From: Octopus bimaculoides
Lineage: Eukaryota
Assembly: GCF_001194135.2 (NCBI RefSeq)
Contig: NC_068989.1
Location: 66,233,561-66,297,560, forward strand
Length of the DNA stretch: 64,000 nt
Reading direction: 5' to 3'
Under the pieces are notes generated by a model. That model was not told the DNA's origin, ran no database searches, and saw only the letters and a list, made by a program, of their open reading frames with translations. Made by a program: the position numbers and the translations under genes. Numbering within the stretch: position 1 is the first letter of the stretch; every line of letters begins with the position of its first letter. Shown here piece after piece: positions 62,609 to 64,000 of this stretch.

Positions 62609-62631
62609 CACACCATCTGACACCCCAAGTT
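62609..62631 (-). CDS. Candidate 23-nt micro-exon ((E)LGVSDGV)
   Basis: Acceptor gctctttttacag, donor GTG|gtaaat, phase 1 to 0, compatible with exon 57277-57337. Confidence 0.28.
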
Positions 62632-62861
62632 CTGTAAAAAGAGCATTTGTCTCCCTACTAAATTAGTCCTTAAACTTCAATCTTTCTTTAATTTTCCCAC
62701 TTTCACACAAACAATAAAAACGTCAAAATTTTATATTAGACATTCTTCAGAAGAATTCTTCGGTGCTTTATATTCATTGATACTTAACGACATAAATCAT
62801 TGCTGGGTCTCGCGAAATCTAAGAAACCATTGGGAAAGTATTACTGCAATAAGTATCTTTC

Positions 62862-63094
62862 ATCTTTCACGTGTTTCAGTCGTCTGACTGTAGCCTTGCT
62901 GGGGCACCGCCTTGAAGGGTTTTAGTCGAATAAATCGACCCTAGGACTTATTTTTTAATGTCTAGTACTTAGTCTATCGGTCTCTTTTGCCAAACCGCTA
63001 AGTTACAGGGACGTAATCACACTGCCACTGATTGTCAAGCAGTGGGGTAGACGAACACAGGTACTAAGATACACACACACATACTCACATGTAT

Positions 63095-63135
<41 letters not shown>

Positions 63136-63250
63136 CAACGGGCTTCTTTCAGTTTCCGTCTACCAAATCCACTAACAAGGCTTTGGTCGGTCCAAGGCTA
63201 TAGTAAAAGACACTTTCCCAAGTTTCCTCGCAGTGGGACTGAACCCAGAA
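62862..63250 (-). mobile_element. SINE group A, slightly 5'-truncated
   Basis: tgtttcagtc tail to cgcagtgggactgaaccc. Confidence 0.9.
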
Positions 63251-63954
63251 GTCTTGTAAAAATGTTTATACTCTTTAAAAACTTTTTAATCAATATTAAA
63301 AGAATAGAAGTACTTATGCTTATGTTTCTTCATTCATTATAACTAAAGTTGAACTTAATGAAACTTTCAGTGATGCTGAAAGTTAGAGTATCAAATTAAC
63401 AAAGGCTTTCAATAATGAGTGTATTCGTTCTTTAAACACTTTCAATCTCATTTAATTCTTTCCTACTTTAACTATAAAGATATAGAGTTGTGATCACATG
63501 CATCAGATCATTAAATTGCAAAACACAACAGGAATTTTGCCAAGCCCACTAATCCTCATGCACACATGGAACGTATTGAGTCCTTTTTCAAGCCTATATA
63601 AAAAAAATTGAAGCAGATCAATGGACCATTAGAATAGCTATTGAATATCTACTTGAAAGTATTTATGAGAATATGCCACAATAAGAGATGGATATGATGG
63701 TGATAGAGCATTTAAAAACATTATTATTGTTATAAGGGAACAATATATTCTTTGTTTGTATATATCATTGATTTGCATTTCTTAAATTGAAAATACAATA
63801 TTCATTTTTTTTTCTTTGTATTGAATAGAACTACTTTTTTTTCCCTAATATTCATTGATTTGCTATTCTCTGTATAAAATATTTTACAGTTAAATTTCAA
63901 ATATATCTGTGGTTCTATTGCCGGGCACGAACAATCGATACTTCAATATATATA

Positions 63955-64000
<46 letters not shown>

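Overview
AT-rich, repeat-dense eukaryotic genomic DNA from a gapped assembly (15 N-runs, most flanked by microsatellites). The SINE sequences resemble those I recall from octopus, so a coleoid cephalopod origin is inferred, not proven. There are no intact long ORFs; most ORF-track entries are microsatellite or N artefacts. Supported content: three tRNA-derived SINE groups (about 40 copies or fragments), two RTE-type LINE remnants, one L1/Tx1-type RT fragment, an internally deleted Gypsy LTR element, Tc1 (DD34E), mariner and maT-like (DD37D) remnants, several foldback/inverted-repeat elements, and three degenerate minimal hammerhead-ribozyme motifs of the Penelope type. A set of short, phase-compatible minus-strand exons (62631 to 44037) may be the 3' end of an unidentified host gene; a few isolated plus-strand exon candidates are also present. 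No CRISPR, rRNA or true tRNA genes. Most notable: an RTE LINE ending in three tandem C2H2 zinc fingers, the hammerhead motifs (one beside a second partial motif), and a nested inverted-SINE / foldback / pre-miRNA-sized hairpin at 59.4-61.0 kb. All alignments and identities were counted by hand; SINE boundaries are approximate.
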